Shown here: positions 48,257-62,300 of the stretch, in pieces
How positions within the stretch are numbered: position 1 is the first letter of the stretch
Layout of the letters: each line of letters begins with the position of its first letter
IMG/VR virus record: IMGVR_UViG_3300031994_000060
Direction: 5' to 3' (one strand)
Length of the DNA stretch: 64,000 nt
DNA from: an uncultured virus (IMG/VR IMGVR_UViG_3300031994_000060)
Lineage: Duplodnaviria; Heunggongvirae; Uroviricota; Caudoviricetes
Made by a program: the position numbers and the translations under genes
The notes under the pieces: generated by a model
Told to the model about the DNA's origin: nothing
Databases searched by the model: none
Seen by the model: only the letters and a program-made list of their open reading frames with translations

Positions 48257-49909
48257 ATGAGTATATACTTATGAAATAAAACAATAGTATATTCTGATAT
48301 GCAATGACCATGTCCAGATTGATTCCATGTACCACTAAAATCTGAAATGAGTTCTCTTGTAGATATAATTACATCTACATTCTCATTATGAAAAAATGGA
48401 ATGATAAATTATCTAAAAATGCCTATGGCATGATTAAGGGCATACAATAACTGAGGTGTTTGAAATCAATGATCACAAGCATACTATTGGACTTCATCTT
48501 GGTGAGGTGAGGGTAAAGCATGATATATGGGCTATGCTGCTGCTTATAATCCTGTTAGTATTGGTGATAATAGAACATGAGATGCTTGTTCTATTCGTGC
48601 ATTTAAAAATTCTCCTGTAATTCCTGATTCATCATGGACTACACTATATGATTGAAGTAGTGTAGCAATATGAGCTTGAATATTCCATAATGTTTCACAT
48701 TGATTAATATCAATAAGCTGAGATGGTTCTACATGGTATACAATACAAGATAAGAACCTATGAGCTACTATTGTATGGGACTGATCACGACAACAATCTA
48801 GTTGCTGATGATATTTTCAACGATGAAATAATTATATGTTCCCATTTAGTTGAGATATTACTACTGCAAATGGTATGGTTGATGCAGGTACATATTGACC
48901 ATGAAATTATTATGATAGCTCAACATTTATAATACAAAAAACTAGACCACGAAGATGGGACAGCTCAGATAATAAAAATCTATGGTGATGAGAAACACAA
49001 TGAACATCTACAGTAACAGTACCTGCTGAAATAAAGAATCTATACATATGAGCTAATGAAGCTAAAGAGGTTTATGTAGGTAGTAATAAAGTACGACCTA
49101 GTATACCTTCTAATTATTCCTTGGATTTCTTAGTTGTATGATGATGATGAGGTTGAGGATGATCAATAGGTAATGGTGAATGTATACAATGATGAGGTTG
49201 ATGAGGTTGAGCTGTAATTGAATGTAGTAATTACTTAATATTATGAGGTTCTATAAATGTTACAATTTGACAATGATGATGTGGATGATATAATTGAGTT
49301 CCTTGTAATTGATGAGATACTTGTTTCTATGATATAATAGCACCATGATGATGAGCTTGATGAAGTCCTTGATGGGATGGTAATAATTGACATGATTGAG
49401 CTTCTTGATGATGAGGTGCTTCAAATGGTAAATATAAATGAGTTTGATGATGTTGAATATGTAATTGTTTATATTGAAGTAACTGAAATTGCACTCCAGG
49501 TAATTCATCTTGTTGAGGTTGATGATGATGAGGGGCTTGATGAAATAAGAGCCATTGAACAAATAATTGACAAATAGATTGAGATGAATGAATATACTCT
49601 AGTATCTCTTGAACTTGTGTATGATATTGATGATGATGAGGATGAGGGAAAAAGTATAGTCCTGCTTGATGCTGAAAAGCATGATGATGAAATTGAGGTT
49701 GAGGTGCTTGAACTCCTAATACATGATGAGGTTGATGATGATCAGGTTATTGAGGTTGAACTTGATGAAGTTGAGTAGTTATTGTTAGATACCCTACTAA
49801 TTGAAATTATTGAATTAAATCATCAACATGATGAACTTGTTGCTATATATGTAATTGATACTGTGTTCATGTATTTAATGAAGACTGAACATTTGAAGCA
49901 AAATGATAA
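48257..49909 (+). CDS. FISUMP/Fib_succ_major-like domain + Gly-rich adhesin-like protein R
   Basis: MSIYLG start (alternative ATG 48239); QGPCPDGFHVP, DKNLGAT, YFQWGNNY; then EVYVGSNKVWP...FLVVGGGGGGG...VHVFNEDGTF; 550 aa. Confidence 0.85.
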
Positions 49910-49975
49910 AAAGAGAGATTAAATCTCTCTTTTTAATATTAAAAAAGATGTATTAGTTTTTACTAATACATCTTT
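49908..49975. terminator. tandem terminators, right border of cassette and end of capsid gene
   Basis: AAAAAGAGAGA-ttaaa-TCTCTCTTTTT and AAAGATGTATTAGT-tttt-ACTAATACATCTTT. Confidence 0.8.
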
Positions 49976-49989
49976 AATTTTTCTATATA

Positions 49990-51783
49990 TTATAGAGAGA
50001 ATCATTCAAGGATAGCGTATGGTCCATTCTCTTGTCCGATACCAACGAAGATGAATGCAAATGATGTATAAACATCAAAACATTTACAGTTTCCGATGAT
50101 ATAGTTAGGAGTAACGTCCTTAATTCTTAATCATTGTACAACATTCTTTTTAACACTATTACTTGGCAATTCAATGTTGAATTCAGGTAATGTTGCAGTT
50201 CCGATTAAATCTCTGTCTAGGAATACGATCATTCCAGAGTTCTCTGATAATTGTTCAAGATAGATATCTGTCATAATTTCAAGTCCTCCGAATTGAGTAG
50301 TAACAGAGAATGTTTGACCAAAGTTGAAGTTATTTGAACTTGGTAACATTTCTTGCCATCCTCCAAGCTTTTTGAATGCAGGTCTCAATGCTAAGTAAGT
50401 TGAGTAAGCTCTTGAATCCATTACAGCAGTAATAGTTCCTTTACCTCCAAACTTAGTATTTTGTACTTGAGATAATGTTTCGATGAAGATTCTAGCTTTG
50501 TCTTCAAGAGTTACAGCAGCAGCTGCACTTCTAACGATCTTTAACCAAGGCTTTTGAGCGTGAGCGTTCATAAGTTCAGTATAAAGTCCCATAGTAGATC
50601 CAGGGATCTTAGAAGCGTTATTTGGAGCTCTGTTTTCTCCTAACCAGAATGTTCTATATTCTTGTTCAACAAGATCTCTAGCGATGTTCTGTAATCTTCT
50701 TCCGATTACTGCATCAATTCCACCAACTTCAGGATATCACATTCTAAGTTCAGCATCATCGAAACAAAGTTCTGTACCGATATTCTGAGCGAATGATCTC
50801 CTGATTACATGTCCTTGAGTTTGATATCCTCCAAGAACTGGATTACACCAATCGAATGAGTTATATTCGAAAGTGATTTGGTCTCCTGGATAGATTCCGT
50901 CCATGTATTTGTCAGGATTATTTAAACATACATAGTTATCATTGTAACTGATAGCTGATCCTTCAACTGAAGATCTACCTGTTGCAGTGAATAATGGTCT
51001 ATTAACTCCGTCAGTTCCGTTACCAGCACCTTCGAAAATTACGAATGGATACATAGCTTGTCCTCAGAAGTTAGATGGTCTAGACAATGGATCAGCACCC
51101 ATAGCTACAACTGGTCTAACGATAAGGTCAGCACAACATCCAGCAGCTCAACAATCTCCTTCTTTTACTTCAGCAGGATCATGTCTCATTATTCTAAGTC
51201 TTGAGTTGATAACAACTAAGTCTTTATATTTAGGATGATTGAAGTCGATAGGTAATCATCTCTTATCACAAAGATAGTATTTAACATTTACAGATTCAGC
51301 TGTAATTTCTTTAACTGATTTGTAAAGATACATGATAGGTCTTTCTGGTGCAAATTCTGACCAAACGAAAGATTGTCCATCTCTTCCTAATCCAACTTGG
51401 ATATTCTTTATAGATTTGAATGTTGGAGCAGTCATTGGCAATGGACCTGCTTTTTCAGGATCATATAATCCTTCAAGAGTAGTTTGATCAAGAAGTAACT
51501 GAGGAAGAGAACTCTTAGTATCAAGAAGTGCCTTGAACATAGGAATAGCTTCTCCATCATGAGTTAACAAAGGGATTTGATCATCGATGTAGAATTTACC
51601 ATCATCAGCTGGTTTATATAAGATCTGAGCTCAAGAGTCAGATAGGTATGAATAACCTTCAAAGTTTACTCCTTCAAGTCCATAAGCTGGATAATTTTGG
51701 TATTCTCCTTGTATTCCATTTGGACATGGAGTAGTATCAATATTACATCCTGTAATACAGTTTCCACTTGTATTTACGAACAT
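49990..51783 (-). CDS. major capsid protein (SU10/DUF5309-like, with insertion)
   Basis: 597 aa after scaffold and portal; FVWSE, EYRTFWLGE...STMGL, TTQFGGL; strong GGA/GGT preference. Confidence 0.75.
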
Positions 51784-51800
51784 TATTAAATAAATAAGAT

Positions 51801-52655
51801 CTAAAGCATTAGGAAGCCTGATCAATTAGGCTGTCCATTAATATTTTGTGATGTGCTTGTTATAGAAGATTTATCAGAAACTTCTGGTATATCTTTATTT
51901 TCAGCACGTAAAATTGTTCAATAGTAATCCTCAGCGGATACTCATGTCATATTTTCTACCAGTGTAAGAGCATCTTTAATAGCTCTCCATTTATGGGTAG
52001 GAGTTTTAGTCTCTTCCCAAAGAAGATATGACTGTCATAGCGGAGCGATTTGGTCTGGCATTTGAGCAGCTCTTGCGACCCTAAGTTCTGCTTCTAATTC
52101 CTTTTGCTTGTCTATGTTCGAATAGTATTTGTCGCCCTCTTTTTCAAGCATGGTCTTTCGATACTTTGCTTCTGCGGCGGCGTTACGAGCTTCCCCCTCG
52201 GCTACAAGTCTTCTTTCAACTTCCTGATCAAACATCTTTTTGTAGTTTTGATTTTCCTCTTCTGAGAGTGGTTCGTCTACTGGATCTGACTGTAGCTCAG
52301 CTTTATTGGATTCCTGTTGATTCTGTGAATTAACATCATATCCAACCATAGCTGCTAATTCAGCGAAGTCTTTCTCAAACGTATCAGATTCTTGTTGAGT
52401 AAGATCTTCAGCCACATTATCGCTTTTCTCTGGCAACTCTTCAGGATTTACATCCAGAGTCTGTCCTGCTTCTCAAGGTCAATAAGTACCTTGATTAGCT
52501 TCTGCATCTGAAACAGTGGTTATGTTCGTTTCTGGGGGCTGAGCAGTAGGTTCACTGGTATTCGCCATTCCCTCATCCCCAGGTGTTGATACCGGCATAC
52601 TTGAAGCTTGTGATTCTAATATTTCAAGTACGCGATCTAATTTGGTCTTTGCCAT
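51801..52655 (-). CDS. capsid scaffolding protein
   Basis: Acidic disordered N-half plus coiled coil; between portal and capsid. Confidence 0.7.
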
Positions 52656-52680
52656 CGTGTGTATTTTTTATGATATAAAT

Positions 52681-54693
52681 CTATTGTCAGAACATTTGCT
52701 GTAATGCAGCTTGCATATCAGTTCATCCTTGCTCTTGTTCAGGAGCCATTCATTCATCAGCCATTTGTTGCTGCATTCATTCTTGAGCTAGCTGTTGCTG
52801 TTGTTGAATCTCTAATTCATTATTAGCTTGGATTTGCTGTACGTTCGCTTGTATCTCAGCTTTCTTTGTCTGGTCTTCTTCCATCTTGCTGTAGTAAGTA
52901 GACTCACTACGAACAATATTATTAGGACCTTTATATAACTCATTAATATATGTAAGTAGATTTGGTACATCTAGATATGTAGATCCGTCTCATGGCATTC
53001 ATACTTGTGTTAAGTATTGTATGAATTCACCAAGTTGAGATTTCTGAACTAGATCATTAGCATCAGCTATTGAATCTGAACTCCATTCAAAGATAAATTT
53101 ACCTTCAAGGTTTTTTCTATTAATCTTTTTCCATCATTCTATCATTCATTTAGAATTATAGATAGGAAGTTCAAATAGTTCAGGCATCTTTTCCTGCATA
53201 TCTAATAACCAGTTATTAGCTATCTTAGTTAACATATTACTAACAGAATCTATTAACAAAGCTACAGAGTCTGATAGTCAATCAAATCTAGCTTGTGAAT
53301 CTGTTGCACTTCTTGATTGAGTACTATAATCAGTATAACTTGTAGGAGAGATAGCAAAGTTTGCTGTCTCCAACATATTCTGTAAGGTACTTATTATTCA
53401 TTGATCTAGTGCAGGTGGTACTATGAAATCCATATTTCATTTATCTTCCATTTCTAATACTCACCAAGGTTTCCATTCTAGATTATGATCAACATTCTTA
53501 TTATTGAATATTACTTTACCAGCTTGTACCCAAAGCATAGGACTAGCTGTCATACTAGCATGATCTAATAATAAGTTGAATAATCCGTCATAAGCTTTCT
53601 GAATATCTGCTAAGATAATACCGGCTCATTCACTAACAACTACTCATGGATTATCTACATAGTGCATATCATAATATGGATGCCAATGTGTTCTACCAGA
53701 CATTGGATTCTTAGTATCTGCTACTATCCATCAGTTAATACATATACTTAATGTATCTTCTGTCCAAATCTCAACATATTCAGCTTTATCATTATTGAAT
53801 GTTATGTTGAATAGATTATCCATACTATAATTCTGCCCCTTTCTTGTAGCTTCTACTCACCAATATTTAATCATTCTTATTTGAGAGAAGTCTTTTCTAC
53901 TAAAAGGTTTAGGATTCTTCATAATATAATTTAGATGCTCGACATCTATCTTTTCATCCATAACTTCAATCATCTTTAGAATAGATCTGATAGGTTTGAT
54001 ACTACGGTATACAACATATCTTTGTTCTTCTAAAGTTACAGTAGGATCGTAGAATAGTTCGAATTCTGGGATCCATCTCATATCTGAATAAGTATCTTCT
54101 ATCTTAAGATAAGATTTAGATTCTGGATTCTGGATACTTTGTAATTTTTCTTTAGGTGTTTTAAATGATGCTTTCACATAACCATTACCATTTAGTAAAG
54201 CTACATGGATTGCATCCATCAACTTCTTTCTACCATTAGATGATGCATAAGCCCATTCAACAGCTGTTTGTGCTGCTTCAGTAGAATTTTTATAATCAGA
54301 TGATAACGCATGTGCTTTAAGAGTAAAGTTTGCGTTAACTATTCATTTCTTTAATCTATCTACAAATGTTCTAATAAGAGGGACTTTAGCATTAGCGGCA
54401 TTCTTTCTATTTTCTTTCTCTAAGAATAACTGCCTTCTTAATGTACTAAGAGTATAATCTTCCCATCAAATCTGCCAAGACTTGAAGAAACTTTGTTCAA
54501 ATATTCATATCAACTTTAAAACATCTGTTCTTATATAAGAAGCAGTTCATTCTTTCTTTGCCCTAACGTCAAAGTTCTTTCAATAGAAATCTAGATATGG
54601 CTCTGTCAAGTTGATTCATTCTAAGACCTGTTCAAGGCTTGATGCAATCAATACTTTAGAGTCTTTAGACTCAGCCTGTGTCATAGGTTGCAT
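52681..54693 (-). CDS. portal protein
   Basis: 670 aa; NAKVPLIRTFVD, ALLNGNGYVK, FYDP, DIQKAYD..FN..LD; Q-rich C-terminus. Confidence 0.8.
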
Positions 54694-54740
54694 ACCTATT
54701 ATATAGGGAGTTAAAAACTAAAGTCAAGTGGATTTACTAC

Positions 54741-55130
54741 CTAATTTAATTTTGGTGGCTTATTGAATATAGGTTTGAAAACAATTTCTTGAGCTTCTTT
54801 TTTATTCATACCGTGTGCCGTTTTCCAAAGATCAGTTAGTTGCTTTAATGCACTAACAGCAGTCTTATGATCTTTTAACAAAGTTCAAGAGAATGTTTCA
54901 GTAGTAGCACTCTCAACAGCATCCTTATAATTATCTATAAGATATGCAAGATCAACTCATCAACGATCAAGTGCGTCTCTAGCTTCTTTCATAGCCTGTT
55001 TTTTCATATCGTCTTCACTCATTGATTCATCATATTCAACCATATCAGAAGACTCTATTACTTCAGGTTCTATCACCTTAGGAGTGAGAACTGTCTGTTC
55101 TCACTCAAATAAATCAAATTCCGTGTCCAT
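54741..55130 (-). CDS. terminase small subunit-like protein
   Basis: 129 aa helical; DHKTAVSALKQLTDL; upstream of portal. Confidence 0.45.
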
Positions 55131-58100
55131 TACTTTTTAGGCTTAGGTGTTAAATGTTTCCATGTCGTTGGAGATATAGGTTGTTGTCAACTTCATCTTC
55201 TAACCCAGCGTTTTCTCCATGGAGTTTTATATTCTACTGGTTTATCTATATCTTCACGTTTATAGAACTGGATAGCTTTTCATCTTCTAGAACTAACACC
55301 TATTGAATCTTCTTGTGTTTTACCTCAAGAAGATTTCTTTGTAGTTTCTGTAGAAGATCTTCATCCAAATCCAAATTGAGCTTGAGCACGTTTAGCTTGT
55401 TCAAATTCCCATTCAGAGAGATAATTATATTGTCATCCTCTAGGAGTTCGGTCAAATACTCTATACTTTGTATAGTCTTCACTATATGCTCTTTTCTTCA
55501 TATAGTTATACCAATCCGTGAATCAAGAGAATTTTTTAGATACTCATCATCTAAGATAATTTTTCTTAGCTCAGAATTTTTTATAATTATCATTAGATAA
55601 CTGATCTTCTGCAGCTTCAGTAGCTATCTGATCAAGTTCTTCAAACTCTTTATATCGATAATGTATCCAATCATTTACTGCAGTTCTAACATCATCTCTT
55701 GCCATAAGCCTTTCATCCCTAACAATATGAGGAATTAATTTATCTCAGAACATAAGTGTTCATTGTTTAATTACACGTTCAGATTCATTATCTAATGCTA
55801 ATTTATCTATGTGATCATATACGGACTCTAATTGATTTAATGTATCGAAAGCGTAACCAGCATCTAAAGATCAATCTTTATTTTCATACTTTGCAGTATC
55901 AAATATCAAAGCATATCAATTCATTATCTTTCTAGCATTAGGATTTCACATAGCTCACATTACATCAACCATAAGTTGTGCTTGAAAGTTTTTACGTAAT
56001 TCCTTATTCTGACGAATATTTCAATATTTATCAACAGTAGTTCAAGGGGTTATAAGTTTCATATTACCATTAGTTCATTCTTCTTTACCTGGTCAATAGA
56101 TATATTTAGCAATAGGAGTATCATGTTTTTTAGCATAGAACAATATAAATTGTGGCCAACATCTATATCTATCTACTTCAGCAACATATTTTCAATACTT
56201 CTTAGCAGCTTCAACTATTCATTTATTAATCATATCTTGTTTTAACTTTTGAGATTCTGAATCATTATCATTATAATAAATACCAGATCTGAAAGCATAG
56301 TTAAGCATCTCTTTAGACATTATATAAGCAAGTGCTTGAGTAGATGATCATGGAGTTTTAGCTTCCATATATGCTAAAGTTCTTATAGCTTCTTCATCAT
56401 ACTTATCAGTTTCTCAATCCATCATCTTTGAGAACTTATCAGCTTCAGCTTCAGTAAGTCAATTTGACATTAGATAATGTATAAGATCTTCTTGTACTTG
56501 TTTAGTCTTATCATAGACAACTTCTCAATATTCATTTAAGAAATCATAACTTCATTTTAATGTAGCATTATTGATTTTATCTTTATTGTTTATGAGTCTT
56601 CAAGTTACAAGATTGAATAGATATGTATAATCTTCATCAGTCATATTCTGAGGAAGTTTACTATTAGTCATATCTTGATATTCTCTAGTACGTCTGAAGC
56701 TATCCATATCTTCTAAGAATCATTCAACATCATCAAGCTGTGGAAGATTATACTGTTTTAAGAATGGAAATCAGTATATGATCCGATTATAGAATGGGTG
56801 ATTCTTATTTATCCAATCTCATTCTTTTACTTGTTCTGCCGTTAATTCAAATAATCATTGTTCAGTATTGAATAGATTAGCATACTTAGCAAGTATTTGT
56901 TGCTTATTAATATATTTAGCTTCAGCTTCTCACATTCAGAGAATAGAATTTACATAAGAGTTTGGTCATCTTGGAATATAATATGAGTATTCTCAGTTCT
57001 CTGTTTTATCTTTTAGATAGAATAGATAAGCATTTACGTTATCAGATATAGACTTCTTTACGATTCTCATCCAATTTATTTCTTCACTATCCCAATCCTT
57101 TTTAGCTAAAGCATAAGTCTCAGTAGCTATTTGAGGAAGATATAATTTTCTGAAGAATGATCTAAAGAACTCTTTTGTTAATGCTGCAGTTCATGCTTGT
57201 GTAGCTGTTCATAATGAAGCATTATTTTCTAATTCTCAAACAAAATTATCAACAAAAGATTTAACAAGCCTTCATTGAGGAGTAGACCATAGAGCAGCAT
57301 AGTCTCAAGAGAATGTATCTAAGTAATTAACTAAATCTTTAAGATCATCAAAGATATTCTGTTCATTCTTTTGACCAGAAGATTCTGTAAGTCTATCTAA
57401 GTATTTACCTATGAGGAATGCTGTATATACTTTATGACAGAAATATAATAAATCTTCATTCTCTAAATAAGTTCTAACCATAGTTCAATTTACATTAGCT
57501 ATGTTATCTCATTTTAGAAGTTTATCAAGATATCACGCTCATATTTTTCAATGATAGATATTATCAAATAATCAAGTCTTAACAATCTTCCATGCTCAAT
57601 TTATTTTGTTAAATCCCCATCAAGCAAAGAAGTGCCACATAGTATATAATATATCTTTTGCTGGTTGAAATATTGCTCTTTTTGTAGGGTGTACTCTAGT
57701 TAATGATGCAGCAACAGGAGTATTTGTAGTATGTAATCTAACAGAATATTCTGCATATCATTTAGCAGAGTCTAATAATCTATCAACAGTTCATTCATCT
57801 AATGCTCAATCTAATTCTTTTTGTAGCATTGCTTCTAATTCTCTATTAATATCAGCAACAGATTTTAATCATGGGAATTGAGCTTCGAAGAATTTTTGAT
57901 ATTGTCTAACTCTATAAGTATTTTCCATTATCATATCTCAGATATTGAACAATCATTGATTAATAGCATCTAATCATTTCTGTCAATATTTTCTAGCAAT
58001 GTCTCATAAAGTCCATCCTAGTCAATCAGAATATCAAGATATATTATCTGGTAATCAGTCATTAAGATTCCATTTCTTAAAGAACCATTTCCAATCTCAA

Positions 58101-59314
58101 CCTAATTTTGTTCATGATGCTAACGCATCAGTAACAAACATTCATGAGTTAAGAACTAATAATGGCATAAATCATGTTAATCATTTACCAGTAGACATGA
58201 GCATAGAGAATACCCAAGGTTGTCACATAAAGCTTATTCATCTTAGTATCAAACCAGGTAAATCATATAATACTCTAATTTTTATCAATGCAGAAAGTTT
58301 GTTCATTGAAGGAGCATTCTTTCATAATGTAGTTCTTATTTGTTCTATCTGTTGTTTTATACTTAACTTCATATAATAAGACTTTCACATTATTCTTTCT
58401 TGTGGATCTTTTGCTCTTGTAACTTTTCAGTTCTCGTCTATATCAAATAATTTTAATCATGGTTTACCATAAATCTTATCTGCATATTTTGGTCACAATG
58501 CATCTACTAATGTCATGTTTCATCATCTTGCAGTTGATGCATATGCTGCAATAGTTTCTGCAACATATCTAAAATTTATAGTATCAAAATCATATCATAA
58601 CATTGCTTTAGCAACATCCTTATCTGATAAGATTGCATCAAAAGTATTTCATCTTAACATCTCAGACATAAGATATCGATGATTACCTCTTGGCGTAGTA
58701 TAGAGATTATAAATTACATTGTATCGTCATTGCTTTCAATTACCACTTTCTACGTCTTCAATAAAATAAACAATGTCACGAGCTAAACGAGCTCTTCATG
58801 CATCAGACATTAATCATTCAAAATTTTTTTGTATATATCAGACATATTGTTTTAAAGACTCTTTTACTCATGACCACCAAGATGGAGCAGCAATCATTCT
58901 TTTTGCTTTTCTTGAAAAGAACCAGAATGTTTTTTCTCTTTTATCTTTTACTGTTTCCCAATTAACTAACTCTCAAGTATCATGATATTTATATAAAGCA
59001 TTTCAATTATCATCTCTTATAATATTTCAAGCTTTGTCTCTTGCAATATAATAAGAATCTTTATCTATATCCATAATATTAGTCCATAATCATGGTTTAT
59101 GTATACGCCTTGATACATATAAAGATCACCAGAACGAATCATTATATAGATCCGCTCTGGCTTTACTTGAAAGATAAATTTGTCATTGAGAAGTGATAAA
59201 GGTATGGAATGGGTCAACTCAATCTAATCAATTAACTCACACATAGAATTCATTATCAAGACCTGCTTCATCGGCTTTATAACACTTTGCTATAACAGAA
59301 CCAGCGTTTGCCAT
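55130..59314 (-). CDS. large internal virion/ejection protein
   Basis: 1394 aa; frame spot-checked at several points; basic R/K-rich C-terminus; TAATG overlaps at both ends. Confidence 0.65.
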
Positions 59315-62300
59315 TATTTCTCACATACAATAGATAAAATGTTACTTGTTGTTCATATTGACTCTTCTCATTCTTTAGTATATGCTTCATCTTCTAATAT
59401 CCTTTTATCATTATTAGCTTTCTCTATAATATATTCTAATCTATTTCTTTTCTCTATCATATCATCAGTTCTTTTCTTTCATGATATAGAAGATAGCTTT
59501 TCATTAATATAATCTATATGTCATTGAGCAGTAGCTATTCTCACATCTAGATCACTTATCTCTGATATAGCTTGTTCGATAGATCATTTAGGAAGTTGAC
59601 CAGCTGCCTCAATTTTAGCTTTAAGTAACTCATCATCTATAGTATTTAACTGATCTTTCCATTTGTTTAATGTCTTCAAACTCTTTGCTTTAGACATTTT
59701 AGTTGTTAATTTTTCCTTCTTCTTTTCAAGACTAGATATCTTTTTATTTATATCTTTGCTTTGACTAATTCTTTCTAGTGATACATTAACATTGACATAA
59801 TCTTTTTTAGGATCTAATCACATTAACTTTAACAACTTATCATTATCTGCTTTGGTTCATCTAGGCATTGAGAATTTACGTTCAGTTCAATTCATAAGAT
59901 CATCATATTTATTTCTTTCCCATTCAGCGAAATCGAATGATGTATCTTCTCAAGGATTATAATCATTATACATCCTTCTTCTAATATCATCTCTTAATCA
60001 TTCCGCATAAGTATCAGATATCTTTCAATTTCTAACATCTTCTTCTAACTTTAAGATTTCTTTTCTATATTGTTTATCTAAGTTAGAATATTGTTCTGAA
60101 GACATTGCTTTACTATATTCATACTTTTCACCTAACTTTCATAAAGCATATTCTATATCATCTCTATACATTGCCATTCTTGGATTATCTAATGCATTAT
60201 AGAGATTCTCAATAGAACAGTTTTCCCAATTAGGAATGTCTTCGTCTAATGCAATCCATTCATGATCTTTATTAATTTCTTTTAAGAAATCATAATCATC
60301 TACATCTACTTTCTCTTTAGGTTCTACTACTTCATATTCTTCTTCAACTCTTCAATCTTTTAATGCTTGTTGTCTTTCTTCTAATTCATCTAATATATCT
60401 TCTTTCTCTTTTATTATTCTTTCTAGCTCAGCTTTACGAGAATCAAATGCAGCTATATTACCTTCGTAATCTCATTCAAGAATTCATAAAGTATCTCATT
60501 GAGTCATCTCATAGTATTCAGTTCTTAATATATTTAAATCTGAATCTAGTTCTTCTATTTGATCATCAAGATCTTCAAGGCTCTCTATTACTTTATAATC
60601 TACATCTTGTAATTCTGTAACAGGTTCTTCAGCTAATGGTAATTGAGTAGAATTTACGTCAGATGTATCTTTAATGATTGTATTCTCATCAGCGTCCTGA
60701 ACTTTCTTATAAGCTTCTCAATTTGTTTCAAGTATATTCTGAAGTCTTATATACTGTTGATAAATCTTTCATTGCTTAAAGTTTTCCATTTGAGTATTTT
60801 TTCTATCCATTTCATTTATGGCATCATTTCTTTCTGTCATAGTTCTTTGATATTCTGCTCTTAATTGTCTATGTTTAGCTTTATCAACTCTAGTATCTAA
60901 ACTTCATCAATTAGCTTCTTTCATCTTCTTAAGTTCTTCTAAGAAATCAGGTGAAGCATTTGATATAGATATATCGTATTTCCTATGAATATCATTTATA
61001 TATTTCACATTCTCTGCATGTCTTTGTGCAGATATAATAGTTACAGGATTAAGTTCTCAGTTCTTGTATAACTCTTTTATCTCTGCATCAGATAAGTCTA
61101 ATCATAATTTTTCATTAATAGATACCTTATTTAGATCTATTACAGCAACTCTACTATAAGATATATCTTGTCATTTGAATGCTGAAGGTCTAGCAGATTC
61201 TAATTTATTTCTCATATTTCTTCAGAAGCTATAAGTCCATTCCATTTTCGTTCAATCTTGTATTGCCTTCTGAGCCCTTCATTCATATTTCTTTATCTCT
61301 TTAAGGAATTCTTCTGAAGTAACAGACAAAGGAGATTGTCTCCATAAATAGGTAGGATTATTATTAACTACTCTATGAGCATCGACATCTACATAGGCAT
61401 CATCAAATAATTGTGTAATTTTTAATTCTCTAGGTGCATCAATTCTATTTCTAAGATCAAGTAGATGCCGTCCTATTCTACGTTTTTGTCAATCTCATAA
61501 ATCAACAACCACTGTAAATATAGGATTTAAAACATCTTTTTCTTTACCATCAACTAAAACCGTTAACGGTTCTATTTCCCAAGTAATTGATTTATTATTT
61601 AACTCATCTATTCTTCTAGCTAATTCAATAGAGAGATCTGCTTTTCTTTTAAATAAAGCATTCTGAATAACGTCATCTCATCATTTAGCATGTGGTATAT
61701 ATTGGTTGAATAAATATACATAGAATGCTTCTTTTACAAGTTCTTTTACTTCAGGATCAACATTCTTATATTCTGCTAACTCAACCTGGTCATATCATCT
61801 ACGAATTCAGTTCTCTAAAGCATCAGTCATCTTATTAAGATTTGGATTTAATGCATTTATTAAATCTCATTGTATCTTATTTCATTGATTAAATTTATTT
61901 ATTTGACTAAACAAATTATGGTTAAATTCATTTCTTGATTTAGATTTAGTAGCTTCACTATCATTAAGGCGATCCCATATTTTTTTCATAACATATTCAT
62001 ACCAATCCTTTCAAATCATTGTAATATTCTTTTGGAATTCCTCATCTGTTATTATATCAGAACTTTTTACTGAATATACATTTGAATTTCATAAATCTAT
62101 ATCAAATGAGAATTCTCTATTAGTAAGAACTGTTTGAGATTCTGGATAGAATGGTTGTGTAGAGAAAGTTACAGTAAAGTTGTTTCATTCACGAACAATC
62201 TTTCAAGTATCCCTAAGCTCTAATAAAACATCTTGTGTCATCCATGAGAAATCAGAAACCAACCCTCAACCATATACATATTGGTTTAGATCTTCTGCTG

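Noticed and set aside
48257..49010. Diversity-generating retroelement targeting the FISUMP-like domain
   Set aside because: No reverse transcriptase and no TR/VR pair differing at adenines was seen in the window.
47480..49778. Track ORFs rich in D/E/V or S (e.g. 47480..47719, 47523..47759, 49377..49577, 49584..49778)
   Set aside because: They are off-frame or antisense shadows of TGA/GGT glycine runs in the two real Gly-rich genes.
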